Source: Prevotella sp. | GTDB taxonomy: Bacteria > Bacillota > Clostridia > Oscillospirales > Ruminococcaceae | Length of the DNA: 64,000 bases | Assembly (NCBI GenBank): GCA_023663025.1 | Contig: JAMPIC010000005.1 | Span: forward strand, 13,735 to 77,734 | Direction of reading: 5' to 3' | In this document: positions 55,801-64,000 of the stretch, piece by piece | Position numbering within the stretch: the stretch's first letter is position 1 | Layout of the letters: the number at the start of each line of letters is the position of its first letter | Notes under the pieces: model-generated | Seen by the model: the letters and a program-made list of their open reading frames with translations, nothing else | Told to the model about the DNA's origin: nothing | Database searches by the model: none | Program-made: the position numbers and the translations under genes

Positions 55801-56867
55801 GGGACGACGATATGCAGGGGTTTTTCCCATTTATCGGAAATTTTGAGACCGAGGACATACACGGAAATGTTTACCGCAGCGGCAAACAGCGCGGCAAGGA
55901 GAGCAAATACGCCCGTATCCGGGGAAAGCTGAACGAGCAGGAGCACCGCCGCAAATACCCCGCAGAATACGGAAATATAGGCGGCTGCGGGTATGTCAAA
56001 AATACAGCGCCCCTTTGCGGAGAAAAGAGCTATTATGAGCAGGGCGGCGGCGTAGAGCAGGCAGGCGCCCTCTCCCGCGACGGAAAAATACGCGCCCATA
56101 ACGCCGAAAAATCCCGCTGTTATCAGCGTTATAGCCGAGAAAAACGCGCCGAGGGTGTAAAACGCGAAAGACGTGCGTTCAAGCTTCATTTTTTTCCATG
56201 TGAACGCGCCGATACCGAAAAACATGGCGGCGACAGTTCCCACGGAAAGAGTTCGTCCGATCTCGCCCAGATTTACCCACACCGCAGTCGAGAAAACAAG
56301 TCCCGCAAGAACAACGAAAATAATGCCTATCATCATCAGTACGGACATTGCTGCGGCGCGTTTTTTGCCTGCGGGAGCTTTTTCCTTTTTGATTTTTGGA
56401 GCGGCTTCCTTGGTGGACGCCGTTTTTTCCACGGCTGCTTCAACCGGCTTGGCGTCGGGAAGTCTGCGGGGTTCGGCGGCGGGGTACGTTTTGTTTTCGT
56501 TCGCCGAAAGAACGTTTTTTTCCTGCGCGTAAACGGGTATGTCACGCAAATATTTATTCGCTTCGGATTGAATTCCGGGCGCGGCGGATATCGCGGCAGT
56601 ACCCGTTACGGCAGCTTTTTCCTCCGCAGCCGTATTTGCGGGCGCGGAGGCTCTTGCGGAGTTCCCGCCGTTATCCGCAGACAAGGGAGCGGAAACCGTT
56701 TTTTCGGCTTTGAGGTTTGCATACTCCGAGTTGCTTATCCTGCCGCAGCGGCAAAGGTCGTCAACAAAATGCTGCAGCTCGTTCGCCGTTTTTGTCTTTT
56801 TTATCAAAAGCGGAATGAGAACCAGCGGCGACAGTATCCACCCGATTATCAGAATAATATAAAACAT
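52845..56867 (-). CDS. 1340-aa polytopic membrane protein containing at least five tandem ~115-aa multi-helix modules
   Basis: Roughly 40 predicted hydrophobic helices. There is a recurring (D/E)xW module start (ISDKWEKP, VPEDWNVP, LPENWKTA, KPENWEIS, LPERWDKT) and a mid-module FG(D/N)W(N/D)xxC(F/Y). The N-terminal cytoplasmic region is A/E/K-rich. Confidence 0.8.
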   Translation of the reverse strand: MFYIILIIGWILSPLVLIPLLIKKTKTANELQHFVDDLCRCGRISNSEYANLKAEKTVSAPLSADNGGNSARASAPANTAAEEKAAVTGTAAISAAPGIQSEANKYLRDIPVYAQEKNVLSANENKTYPAAEPRRLPDAKPVEAAVEKTASTKEAAPKIKKEKAPAGKKRAAAMSVLMMIGIIFVVLAGLVFSTAVWVNLGEIGRTLSVGTVAAMFFGIGAFTWKKMKLERTSFAFYTLGAFFSAITLITAGFFGVMGAYFSVAGEGACLLYAAALLIIALFSAKGRCIFDIPAAAYISVFCGVFAAVLLLVQLSPDTGVFALLAALFAAAVNISVYVLGLKISDKWEKPLHIVVPVMNAVALLGGVSAAFGSSPMFYAAAAVFVIRSIAAAVMGFKGRRVYKTRPAAVSSLSSGAFFALLAMFKLSASAEVFALSAAVFGILFALGMFTFGLSVPEDWNVPVKTTAFVLNAVGVISAFYVLMRNFGDWNGVCFAAAGVYIVSSFAVGIMAVRGHERYGETPSAFASMFTGLAFSVMLVAELSASMASAALCLTVMLLVFVNAVYTARSRLPENWKTAADVTSALLGLISVFCTAFTFIDSFGNWDASCYTVSLLYILQAAVITAAAYRSHAEYSKCRWAVLSQLAGIFFAVLTLAQLAENSVDFMLYLTIFAVAYLNFVHTFKIKKPENWEISLKVFSCILGLLGAVFTIPQMLFYSEWTYQFYVSAGIYIAYAAAVTAMAFLKHGEYSKARWAAVSQFIAIVIPLIIIYKKIETAELFVLIFAAYGALYSAAVCLAFLKLPERWDKTVNSVDIIFNIAAAIPAAGIMLGNFGDWNIYCFLTALLYIGYTAVRGVRNNNSPLKAAECFLAGIAAFNLCCAAEEWRIAAPEFLLVCMLFALTLAHHFAKPLRTLFSDIYLPAALTVSAIACAAEHNIFGIIGFALLGAAMLIKSAEKESKLSEIFKILLPLPASGMVLTFAYYSFSSLFADMAALNAAVLAAAAAVIFKIKGGNKTFYSFAFTAAAMLFIGAASEVHGMMLLLLAVSVLLTVLFCKCGNNLPSLVTMAGTAAVMYRIAETASYQTEFNISLLLAAIFAAASLAASRIFYGGRFLDRENGRFKLDTCCSGILLALPMIRSENGRVTAFAVLVILAVFAANLVRREHSGDFNRAALTAASGLLTLAFIFRPFLLISGNISPKITLLIICGFGFAFSKIWAKYPSLSENFSSAVYGICFVSLVIDALVHQNLFNTLTVLGVSAAILLYSFISKKKRWFAVSSVSLLGLTVYMFRDFFTMIDWWIYLLAVGLILIAVSAANEYFVRKGKELKEKAGRFFEDWKW

Positions 56868-57102
56868 AATGACCCCTCCCCTTGAGCTTTAGCTAAATTA
56901 TACCATTCAAGCCGATCGGGGGCAATATGCCGTTTGTAATTATCGGAGTGACATTTGTCATTTTACTGCCCGGGGAAAAATCCGCCGCAAAGCAAATTGC
57001 TCCGTAGGGCATGAAAAATATATCGGGACTTCCTTTCCCTATGAGAAGCATATTTTTATTTCTGCGGAATATCTATATATAAAAACCTATATGGAGGGAT
57101 AA

Positions 57103-58128
57103 ATGATGCAGGACAAAAACAATCTTGACGATATGGCGAAAAAGTACAAAGAGGAAATGATGAGATTATACAGCAAAAAGCCAAAATCCGCGGTTCAGAC
57201 TGTTCCCGCCGCTGTTTCCTCTCCGCCGTCCGGACAGACGTCTCATGCTGCGGCTTCCGTGGCTTCCGAAAAACAGGCGCAGACTGTCAGGCTCATGCCC
57301 GCACAGACTGCGGCGTCCTCCCGAAGCGCCCCGTCAGCTTCTTCTGCGGCGGTACACAAACAGCCTGCCGCCGCAAGCTCCGACGGTATTTCCGAGGAGC
57401 GGCGCAGGGAGCTTTCCCAGCCGCCCATGCCCGAGATACCGCAGAACTACCCCGACGCGGGCGTCAAGAGCGCAGAGACGTCAAACTCTCCCGCGCCGAA
57501 GTTTCCGCCTGCGGAAGAGCTGATACGCGGCGAGACAACGGAAAGACCCGCTCGCACTTCTGCGGAAAACACCGTCCCGGAAAACCGTTCCGCAGTATCC
57601 GAGGAACACAATCAGGGAAACTACACAGCCGCCGAGCCGCCCGCCGCCAATACGGACAGTTCCGCCGAGCCGCCGCAGGTAAACGAAAGCTATCCCGATG
57701 AGAACACTGATTTTTCTTCTGTGAATACGGGAGAAAATTTCACGGGAGAAAACCCTCCCGACATGAGCGGACAGGGCTACTTGCAGATAGAGGTCACGAC
57801 CGCCTCGGGAGCGATACCCGTAAGGGACGCGACGGTCATAATCACCGAAAAGACCGACGGAGTTGACGCTCTGATCGGAATGGTCGTAACCGACGAAAAC
57901 GGAACTACTCCCGTCGTTCCGCTGCCCGCTCCCCCGCAGGCGCTTTCCGAAGCTCCCGACCCGAGCGAAAGACCCTACAGCGAATACAATATAAGCGTTT
58001 ACAAAAAAGGCTTTTACAGTATCCCGCAGCTTACCGTGCCTGTGTTCGATACCATAAAATCCATTCAGCCCGTGTCTGTAATACCTCTTGCGGAATTTGA
58101 GCGCAGCGGCGCGGAAGTCCCCAATTAA
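57103..58128 (+). CDS. SleC N-terminal (prepro-like) domain protein with a long S/A/P-rich linker
   Basis: The C-terminal ~120 aa, GYLQIEVTTASGAIPVRDATVIITE...VVPLPAPPQALSEAPDPSERPYSEYNISVYKKGFYS, align by eye with the N-terminal region of clostridial SleC (FLTVSIIDA...VLPAPDVDYSLQPSDVRPYSQY). Confidence 0.6.
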   Translation: MMQDKNNLDDMAKKYKEEMMRLYSKKPKSAVQTVPAAVSSPPSGQTSHAAASVASEKQAQTVRLMPAQTAASSRSAPSASSAAVHKQPAAASSDGISEERRRELSQPPMPEIPQNYPDAGVKSAETSNSPAPKFPPAEELIRGETTERPARTSAENTVPENRSAVSEEHNQGNYTAAEPPAANTDSSAEPPQVNESYPDENTDFSSVNTGENFTGENPPDMSGQGYLQIEVTTASGAIPVRDATVIITEKTDGVDALIGMVVTDENGTTPVVPLPAPPQALSEAPDPSERPYSEYNISVYKKGFYSIPQLTVPVFDTIKSIQPVSVIPLAEFERSGAEVPN

Positions 58129-58155
58129 AGCCGCTGATGAAAGGAGGTTTTGCAT

Positions 58156-59553
58156 ATGCCCGAATCTGTTCCGTACATTCCGGAAACGGTCACGGTACAT
58201 CTGGGGCGTCCGAATAATCAGAACGCCGCCAATGTTACCGTAAGCTTTCCCGACTACATAAAAAACGTCGCTTCCAGCGAACTTTACCCCACCTGGCCCG
58301 AAAACGCGCTGAGAGCGAACATTTACGCAATTATTTCCTTTACCCTGAACAGGATATACACCGAGTGGTACCGCTCGCAGGGCTATGATTTTGATATTAC
58401 CAATTCCACCCAGTACGACCACTACTTCGTGGAGAACCGCGATATCTTCGAGCCGATAAGCCGTATCGTGGACGATATCTTCGACGAGTACCTTGTCCGT
58501 CAGGGCAGCGTTGAACCTCTTTTCGCCACCTACTGCGACGGCGTGGAGGTCACCTGCGACGGTCTCTACCAATGGGGAAGCGTCGAGCTTGCCAATCAGG
58601 GAATGACCCCTTACGAAATTTTAACATATTATTACGGAGATGATATTAACATTTTGACCGCCGATATCAGACCCAATATCCCCACCTATCCCGGAACTCC
58701 GCTTACCATCGGTTCGGGAGGAACGGACGTCAACCGCATCGAGATACAGCTTAACAGGATATCCACAAACTATCCCGCCATACCGAAAATATACCCCGTG
58801 GACGTTACCTACGACGACAAGACCGCCGACGCGGTGCGGGAGTTCCAGCGGATATTCAATCTGCCCCAGACCGGAGTTGTGGACAAAGCCACCTGGTATA
58901 AGATAAACTACATCTACACCAGCGTGAAAAAGCTCGCCCAGCTTAATTCGGAAGGACTTTCCCTGCAGGAGCTGCCCGAGCAGTTCACAGTGCCCGTCGG
59001 TCTCGGCGCGACGGGATTTCCCACACAGTACATACAGTACTACCTTGAAGTTATCGGAGCGTACTACAAAAACGTGCTGCCCGTGGAAAGCACAGGCGTT
59101 TACGACGAGCAGACCGCCAATGCGGTGCGTTCCTTCCAGCAGGTGTTCGGACTTCCCCAAACGGGAACGGTTGACGAACGGACTTGGGACGATCTTTACC
59201 GCGCCTACGCGGGTATTGTGGAGAACGTCCCCATAAACACGGAGGGCGAAAACGCTGTGCTTTTCCCGGGAACAGTCCTGACCGAGGGAATGACAAGTCC
59301 CTATGTGAAAGTGCTTCAGGAATATCTTTCCTATATCCATAAGACCTATCCCAATATACCCGACGTCAGCGCGACGGGATATTTCGGTCCCATCACAAGA
59401 AACGCCGTGACCGAGTTCCAAAGGCAGTTCGGTCTCCAGCAGACAGGCTCTGTGGGACCCGGCGCTTGGGACGCGATCTCGGACGTTTACTCCGACCTGC
59501 GGTTCGGATACGTAAAACAGCCGGGACAATATCCCGGCTACATCATAGAATAG
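58156..59553 (+). CDS. sleC: Spore cortex-lytic enzyme SleC-like catalytic domain plus three peptidoglycan-binding (PG_binding_1) repeats
   Basis: FPDYIKNVASSELYPTWPENALRANIYAIISFTLNRIYTEWYRSQGYDFDITNSTQYDHYF...ATYCDG...LYQWGSVELANQG closely parallels SleC. It is followed by three xxVREFQRIFNLPQTGVVDKATW-type repeats. ATG at 58156, 8 nt after GGAGG. Confidence 0.8.
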   Translation: MPESVPYIPETVTVHLGRPNNQNAANVTVSFPDYIKNVASSELYPTWPENALRANIYAIISFTLNRIYTEWYRSQGYDFDITNSTQYDHYFVENRDIFEPISRIVDDIFDEYLVRQGSVEPLFATYCDGVEVTCDGLYQWGSVELANQGMTPYEILTYYYGDDINILTADIRPNIPTYPGTPLTIGSGGTDVNRIEIQLNRISTNYPAIPKIYPVDVTYDDKTADAVREFQRIFNLPQTGVVDKATWYKINYIYTSVKKLAQLNSEGLSLQELPEQFTVPVGLGATGFPTQYIQYYLEVIGAYYKNVLPVESTGVYDEQTANAVRSFQQVFGLPQTGTVDERTWDDLYRAYAGIVENVPINTEGENAVLFPGTVLTEGMTSPYVKVLQEYLSYIHKTYPNIPDVSATGYFGPITRNAVTEFQRQFGLQQTGSVGPGAWDAISDVYSDLRFGYVKQPGQYPGYIIE

Positions 59554-59569
59554 AAAGAGGGCGTATAAA

Positions 59570-60166
59570 ATGGCATACACCGACGAAGAAAAAAAGCGGC
59601 ACATTTCCGAAATACAGAAATATCTGCGCACCGTCGCGCAAGCCAATGAAAATATTCCCGTTGTGATCCCCACGGGAGTTTACGATGAAAAGACCGCCGA
59701 AGCGGTAAGGGCGTTCCAAAAGGAATACGGACTTCCCGTAACCGGAACGGTCGACCGCGAAACATGGGATCTGCTTTTCGAGGTATACCTTGCGGTGCAG
59801 GAATACTTCACCGAAAACGCGGCGATAATGCCTTTCCCCGACTCCGCGTATACCATATGCGAGGGGGACAAAAACAATACCGTCTACATTTTGCAGGCAA
59901 TGCTCAACACCGTCGCGGAGTACTACTCCAATGTGAATTCGGTAGCCATAGACGGCGTTTACGGCAATTCCACCGTTGAGGCGGTGAAAAATATGCAGAC
60001 CGTTACAGGCGAGGAATGTACGGGAACAGTGGACTACAAGACATGGAACAAGCTTGCGAGGCTGTACAATTTCCATGCCATGCAGTATGCGGAGCAATGC
60101 GAAAAGCAGCACAAGGCGGCTTTGAAAAAAAGCTCGGAGGTCTCGGGAAAGTCCGTCAATAGCTGA
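59570..60166 (+). CDS. Peptidoglycan-binding domain protein (two PG_binding_1 repeats)
   Basis: GVYDEKTAEAVRAFQKEYGLPVTGTVDRETW and GVYGNSTVEAVKNMQTVTGEECTGTVDYKTW. Confidence 0.75.
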   Translation: MAYTDEEKKRHISEIQKYLRTVAQANENIPVVIPTGVYDEKTAEAVRAFQKEYGLPVTGTVDRETWDLLFEVYLAVQEYFTENAAIMPFPDSAYTICEGDKNNTVYILQAMLNTVAEYYSNVNSVAIDGVYGNSTVEAVKNMQTVTGEECTGTVDYKTWNKLARLYNFHAMQYAEQCEKQHKAALKKSSEVSGKSVNS

Positions 60167-61106
60167 AGCTGCTGCCGCCGATAAATTCTCTTACCAGCGA
60201 ATCGGCGGGAACGCTGTCCATATCCGCGGGCGCAAGCCTGCTCATGGTGCGGAGCAGCGCGCCGCCGTCCTCGCCGAAGCAGCCCGACTCGGCGGCTTTT
60301 TCAAGCTCGGGCAGAAGCATGGCTCTGTAGACCGAGGGTTCGTAGGCGAGAAAGGTGTCTATATCGAAATGAGCGCGGCTTTTGTGGGGCATTATGTATA
60401 AGTCCTCGCCGCGGGTAACGCCGGGGAGCATTGAAAAAACGTCCTCCGCGCTGCGCCCGCGGAAAAGCTTGTCGCGGCAAAGTCTGCGCATAAGGCGTAC
60501 CGTACGCGGGTGGAGCACGGTGTCGTCCCCCGAAACGATACGGGTGCGGACGCTGACGTACACGCAGTTTGTGAAATCGTCGGTATCTCCCGTGACCTGC
60601 GGGTTAAGGGCGTGGATACCCTCGATAATGATGATCTCGTCCTTTTGTCTGCGAAGCGGCTCGCCGAAAACGCGGCTCTGGGTCTTGAAGCTGAATTTTG
60701 GGACGTTTATCGGCTCGCAGCGGAACAGCTTTTCCAAGTGCTCCGAAAAGAGGGGTATATCCATTCTCAGCGGGGATTCAAGGTCGACCTTTCCGTTTTC
60801 GTCCAAAGGTATGTCCCCTATCGACGGCGCGTCGGCGGGGAGAAAATAGTTGTCCATGGAAATGATGTGTACGGGCTTTCCCTTTTCGCGCAGACGTTTT
60901 CCTATACGGAGCGCGCTTGTGGTCTTGCCCGATCCGGAAGGTCCCGAAAGAAGCACAAGGGGACGGTCTTTTGAATCGAGGTATATTTTTTCGGCAGCCT
61001 CCGCAAGCCGCTGGTTGTAGATATCCTCGCATTTTCGGATATATCCCGCAGCGTCTGCGGAAAGTCCTCTGTTTATTTCGGGAACTCCTATAAAATTAAC
61101 TGCCAT
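60156..61106 (-). CDS. Uridine kinase/phosphoribulokinase-family P-loop nucleoside kinase-like protein
   Basis: Walker A LLSGPSGSGKTT, ISMDNYF and IIIEGIHALNP are typical of the Udk/PRK family. Confidence 0.7.
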   Translation of the reverse strand: MAVNFIGVPEINRGLSADAAGYIRKCEDIYNQRLAEAAEKIYLDSKDRPLVLLSGPSGSGKTTSALRIGKRLREKGKPVHIISMDNYFLPADAPSIGDIPLDENGKVDLESPLRMDIPLFSEHLEKLFRCEPINVPKFSFKTQSRVFGEPLRRQKDEIIIIEGIHALNPQVTGDTDDFTNCVYVSVRTRIVSGDDTVLHPRTVRLMRRLCRDKLFRGRSAEDVFSMLPGVTRGEDLYIMPHKSRAHFDIDTFLAYEPSVYRAMLLPELEKAAESGCFGEDGGALLRTMSRLAPADMDSVPADSLVREFIGGSSFSY

Positions 61107-61289
61107 AACTGTGATATCCTTTCTCGGTGTTTTATCCGAACGTCCGGCGGGAGCGATCCCGTCGGACGTTTTTTCGGGACGGTATTATATATATTATACA
61201 TTATTTTACGGCAAAAGTCTACAGTTTTTTTGTTTGTTTGCAAAAATATGCCGAAGTTACCTCAATCGGTACAAAATGCCATTTAAAGG

Positions 61290-61318
61290 TTGACATTCGG
61301 GAAAAATCGGTGTATAAT
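61290..61318 (+). promoter_or_regulatory. Perfect-consensus sigma-70 promoter
   Basis: TTGACA (61290-61295), a 17-nt spacer, then TATAAT (61313-61318), upstream of the Mrp/ApbC gene. Confidence 0.6.
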
Positions 61319-61354
61319 AGTGCTATAGCTATTATGCCGAAAGGAATTGATGAA

Positions 61355-62182
61355 ATGAGCGAATGTACACACGATTGTTCTTCATGCGGTGAGAACTGCG
61401 GCGACAGAACCGAACCCCAAAGCCTTATCGAACAGGTGAACTCCCAAAGCAAGGTAAAAAAGGTCATCGGCGTCGTCAGCGGCAAGGGCGGCGTGGGCAA
61501 GTCCCTGGTTACGGGTATGCTGGCTACTCTCTTTGCGCGCAAGGGTTATAAAACCGCTGTTATGGACGCCGATATAACAGGTCCGTCGATCCCGAAAATG
61601 TTCGGCATTGGCGGCAGAGCAAAAGGCACCAGCGAGGGCATTCTCCCCGCGGTATCGCGCGACGGGATCAAGATCATGTCCGTAAACCTGCTTCTCGAAA
61701 ACCCCGGCGACCCCGTTATCTGGCGCGGCCCCATAATCGCGGGCGTGGTAAAGCAGTTCTGGACGGACGTTATCTGGGGCGATATCGACTATATGTTCGT
61801 TGATATGCCTCCGGGAACGGGCGACGTTCCGCTGACCGTTTTTCAGTCCATACCTCTGGACGGCGCGGTCATAGTTTCCTCCCCTCAGGACTTGGTGGCG
61901 ATGATCGTCAACAAGGCGGTCGGCATGGCTAATATGATGAATATTCCCATTGTGGGAGTTGTCGAGAATATGAGCTATGTGCAGTGTCCCGACTGCGATA
62001 AGAAGATATATATTTACGGCGAGAGCCATATCGACGCGATCTGCGAGGAAAACGGCATGCCGCTTTTGGGACGTATTCCCATTTCTCCCGAAATAACCCA
62101 TCAGTGCGATATGGGTCTTATCGAGGACTTCACCGGAGACTTCCTCGATCTTGCTGTCAAGGAAATTGAAAATATCCAATAA
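61355..62182 (+). CDS. Mrp/NBP35/ApbC family Fe-S cluster carrier ATPase
   Basis: N-terminal Cys-rich MSECTHDCSSCGENCG, the deviant Walker A VVSGKGGVGKS, DMPPGTGD and a CPDC motif. Start at 61355 with AAAGGAA upstream. Confidence 0.9.
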   Translation: MSECTHDCSSCGENCGDRTEPQSLIEQVNSQSKVKKVIGVVSGKGGVGKSLVTGMLATLFARKGYKTAVMDADITGPSIPKMFGIGGRAKGTSEGILPAVSRDGIKIMSVNLLLENPGDPVIWRGPIIAGVVKQFWTDVIWGDIDYMFVDMPPGTGDVPLTVFQSIPLDGAVIVSSPQDLVAMIVNKAVGMANMMNIPIVGVVENMSYVQCPDCDKKIYIYGESHIDAICEENGMPLLGRIPISPEITHQCDMGLIEDFTGDFLDLAVKEIENIQ

Positions 62183-62283
62183 GCATTTCCCCGAAACAAC
62201 CGATTTGCCGAAAATAAATTATAACCTAAAAACGGTCACCGCCCTGCGCAAGCACATCGGTGACCGTTTTTTCAATTTTAATT

Positions 62284-63450
62284 TCAGCCGCTGCCGCCGC
62301 ATTTTGCCGTTTTCCTGAAAGTCGTTTCCGTCATGCAAATCATTAATGCGATAAAAAAGCTCAGATAGAACGGCATTGCCGCAAAACCGATACGGCTACC
62401 GAGAAGTCCGAACAGCGGCGGCATAAATGTCGAGCCGACGTATGCGCTCGCCATTTGTATGCCGATTATCGCGCCCGAATTTTCCGCGCCGAAATTGTCG
62501 GGCGTGGAATGGATAATGCACGGATATATCGGTGCGCAGCCGAAGCCGATAATGATAAATCCCGCAAGGGGCGCTGCCGGGTTTTCCGAGGGAATAATCA
62601 GAGATATTATTCCGCAGGACAAAATACAAGTGCCGATAATTATCATTTTTCTGTCGCCCAGACTGTTCATGACAAATCCGCTCAGAAACCTGCCCGCCGT
62701 AATTCCTATGTAGAACAGCGAAGCGAACCTTGCCGCCGTTTCCGCAGCTATGCCCCTGACCTCAACCAAGTAGGTGCTTGCCCAGCCCATGGCGGTGGCT
62801 TCGGCGGAACAGTAAGCAAAAAATCCCAGCAGAAGATAGGGTACGCCTTTTATTTTCAGCGCGCCGATCAATCCGACGCTTTTGCCGTTCTCCTCAGCTT
62901 CCTGACTGTGTATCTTCCACACGGGCAGGGTGACGAGCAGCAGCAGTCCTATGCCAAGCTGAATAAAAGCAACGATACGGTAACCGCCGTTCCAGTCCAG
63001 ATTTGTCAGAGCGTAGCTCATCACAAAGGGACTGATTATCGTCCCCACGCCCCAGAAGCAGTGCAGCCAGCTCATATGCTTTGAGGTGTAGTGCAGAGCA
63101 ACATAATTGTTTAACGCAGCGTCGATAGCTCCCGCGCCGAGACCGTAGGGTACGGCAAATATTATCAGCTGCCAAAATCTGTCGGATATTGAAAAGCCGA
63201 ACAAGGCTACCGCCGTCAGAAAGACGCTTGTTACCGTTACGACCCGCGTGCCCAGTTTTCTCGTCAGTTTATCCGAGAAAAGGCTGGAGACGATAGTCCC
63301 GCCCGATATAATCATGGAAACTATTCCCATAAAGGATATGGGAACGTTCAGCGAGCCATGCATAACGGGCCACCCCGAGCCGAGCAGCGAATCCGGCAAA
63401 CCGAGACTGATAAAGGCGATGTAAATCAGCGTCAGCAAAAGCGTATACAT
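62284..63450 (-). CDS. MFS transporter
   Basis: Twelve TM helices in two halves, with an MFS loop 2-3 motif SDKLTRKLGTR. Confidence 0.85.
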   Translation of the reverse strand: MYTLLLTLIYIAFISLGLPDSLLGSGWPVMHGSLNVPISFMGIVSMIISGGTIVSSLFSDKLTRKLGTRVVTVTSVFLTAVALFGFSISDRFWQLIIFAVPYGLGAGAIDAALNNYVALHYTSKHMSWLHCFWGVGTIISPFVMSYALTNLDWNGGYRIVAFIQLGIGLLLLVTLPVWKIHSQEAEENGKSVGLIGALKIKGVPYLLLGFFAYCSAEATAMGWASTYLVEVRGIAAETAARFASLFYIGITAGRFLSGFVMNSLGDRKMIIIGTCILSCGIISLIIPSENPAAPLAGFIIIGFGCAPIYPCIIHSTPDNFGAENSGAIIGIQMASAYVGSTFMPPLFGLLGSRIGFAAMPFYLSFFIALMICMTETTFRKTAKCGGSG

Positions 63451-63660
63451 AAATTACCTCCGATTTTATTTCCGCTGCCGCCCGAATTATTTCGGTTTTA
63501 TCCGGCTGCGCAGTCCGTATGCAGTCTTTGCGCGGCATTAATTTTTATTACATTATAGCATATCCTTTTGATAAGTCAAGCGTTTTATAAATTTTTTCGG
63601 CAGCATTTCCCGCTGTTCCGCAAAACAGTCAGCCCCGGGAAATTCCCGGGGCTGATAGTT

Positions 63661-64000
63661 TTACTTATTATCCTTGTCGCGGATCTCTACCCGCCTGATC
63701 TTGCCGCTTATGGTTTTGGGAAGCTCGTCCACAAACTCCACAATTCTGGGGTACTTGTAAGGCGCGGTGTTTTTCTTTACATAGTCCTGCAATTCCTTGA
63801 CGAGAGCCTCGCCGCCCTTGTCCTTGTAGTCCTTTGTGAGGACGATCGTCGCCTTTACCACCTGACCTCTGATAGGGTCTTTCGCGCCTGTTACCGCAAC
63901 CTCAAGAACGGCGGGGTGTTCCATAAGAACGCTCTCTATCTCGAACGGTCCTATGCGGTAGCCCGAAGCCTTGATAACGTCGTCGGTGCGTCCCACATAC
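63661..64000 (-). CDS. AMP-forming acyl/acetyl-CoA synthetase, C-terminal part (5' end beyond the right edge)
   Basis: [36 protein letters not shown]...[24 protein letters not shown] is the ANL-superfamily C-terminal domain. A hairpin CAGCCCCGGGaaattCCCGGGGCTG lies downstream (63630-63654). Confidence 0.85.
   Translation of the reverse strand, partial: YVGRTDDVIKASGYRIGPFEIESVLMEHPAVLEVAVTGAKDPIRGQVVKATIVLTKDYKDKGGEALVKELQDYVKKNTAPYKYPRIVEFVDELPKTISGKIRRVEIRDKDNK

Overview
The window looks like a chromosomal segment from a moderately GC-rich, spore-forming, plant-glycan-degrading member of the Clostridia. Gene content suggests something Oscillospiraceae/Ruminococcus-like, but that taxon call is inference only.

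Housekeeping and carbohydrate genes make up the backbone:
- AraC regulators, an ABC exporter and SDR enzymes.
- GH5, GH26 and two GH2 enzymes, GH77 MalQ and GH94 cellobiose phosphorylase.
- NfnAB-like oxidoreductase, MetA, FolC, an Mrp/ApbC ATPase and an MFS transporter.
- A SleC-like spore cortex lysis cluster.

Two AT-rich accessory islands interrupt this backbone.

(1) About 12.35-20.5 kb is a decayed prophage remnant:
- It carries an internal tRNA-Gln(UUG), a string of small RHH / RelE-remnant / DUF4160 / DUF2442 modules, and an intact large terminase.
- The portal and the integrase are truncated.
- A MuF (SPP1 gp7-like) protein has a C-terminal JAMM-motif extension followed by two small candidate immunity ORFs.

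(2) About 25.8-31.8 kb is a TnpX/TndX-type large serine recombinase element:
- It has a TnpW-like gene and a consensus promoter.
- It has a hairpin-dense ORF-free stretch of about 600 nt.
- It carries a three-gene cargo operon of unknown function: an HTH protein, a membrane-anchored protein and a triple-repeat lipoprotein.

The signal I consider most novel is a structured intergenic repeat of about 95-110 nt, present four times (31.9, 42.0, 50.05 and 50.75 kb). Each copy lies just 3' of a gene on the same strand. A compensatory base-pair change is visible between copies. Two inverted copies bracket an RNHCP zinc-ribbon gene.

Other points of interest:
- Several decayed genes: a frameshifted SDR, a frameshifted and start-less AraC abutting a 5'-truncated GH26, and IS630 debris.
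- A 1340-aa membrane protein built from tandem ~115-aa modules.
- An orphan HisKA_3 kinase preceded by a triplicated TTCACAnnnTTCACA motif.
- A 63-aa N/Q/S-only protein.
- A palindromic operator inside the cellobiose phosphorylase promoter.

I found no rRNA and no CRISPR array. All domain calls come from motif recognition by eye; I ran no database search.
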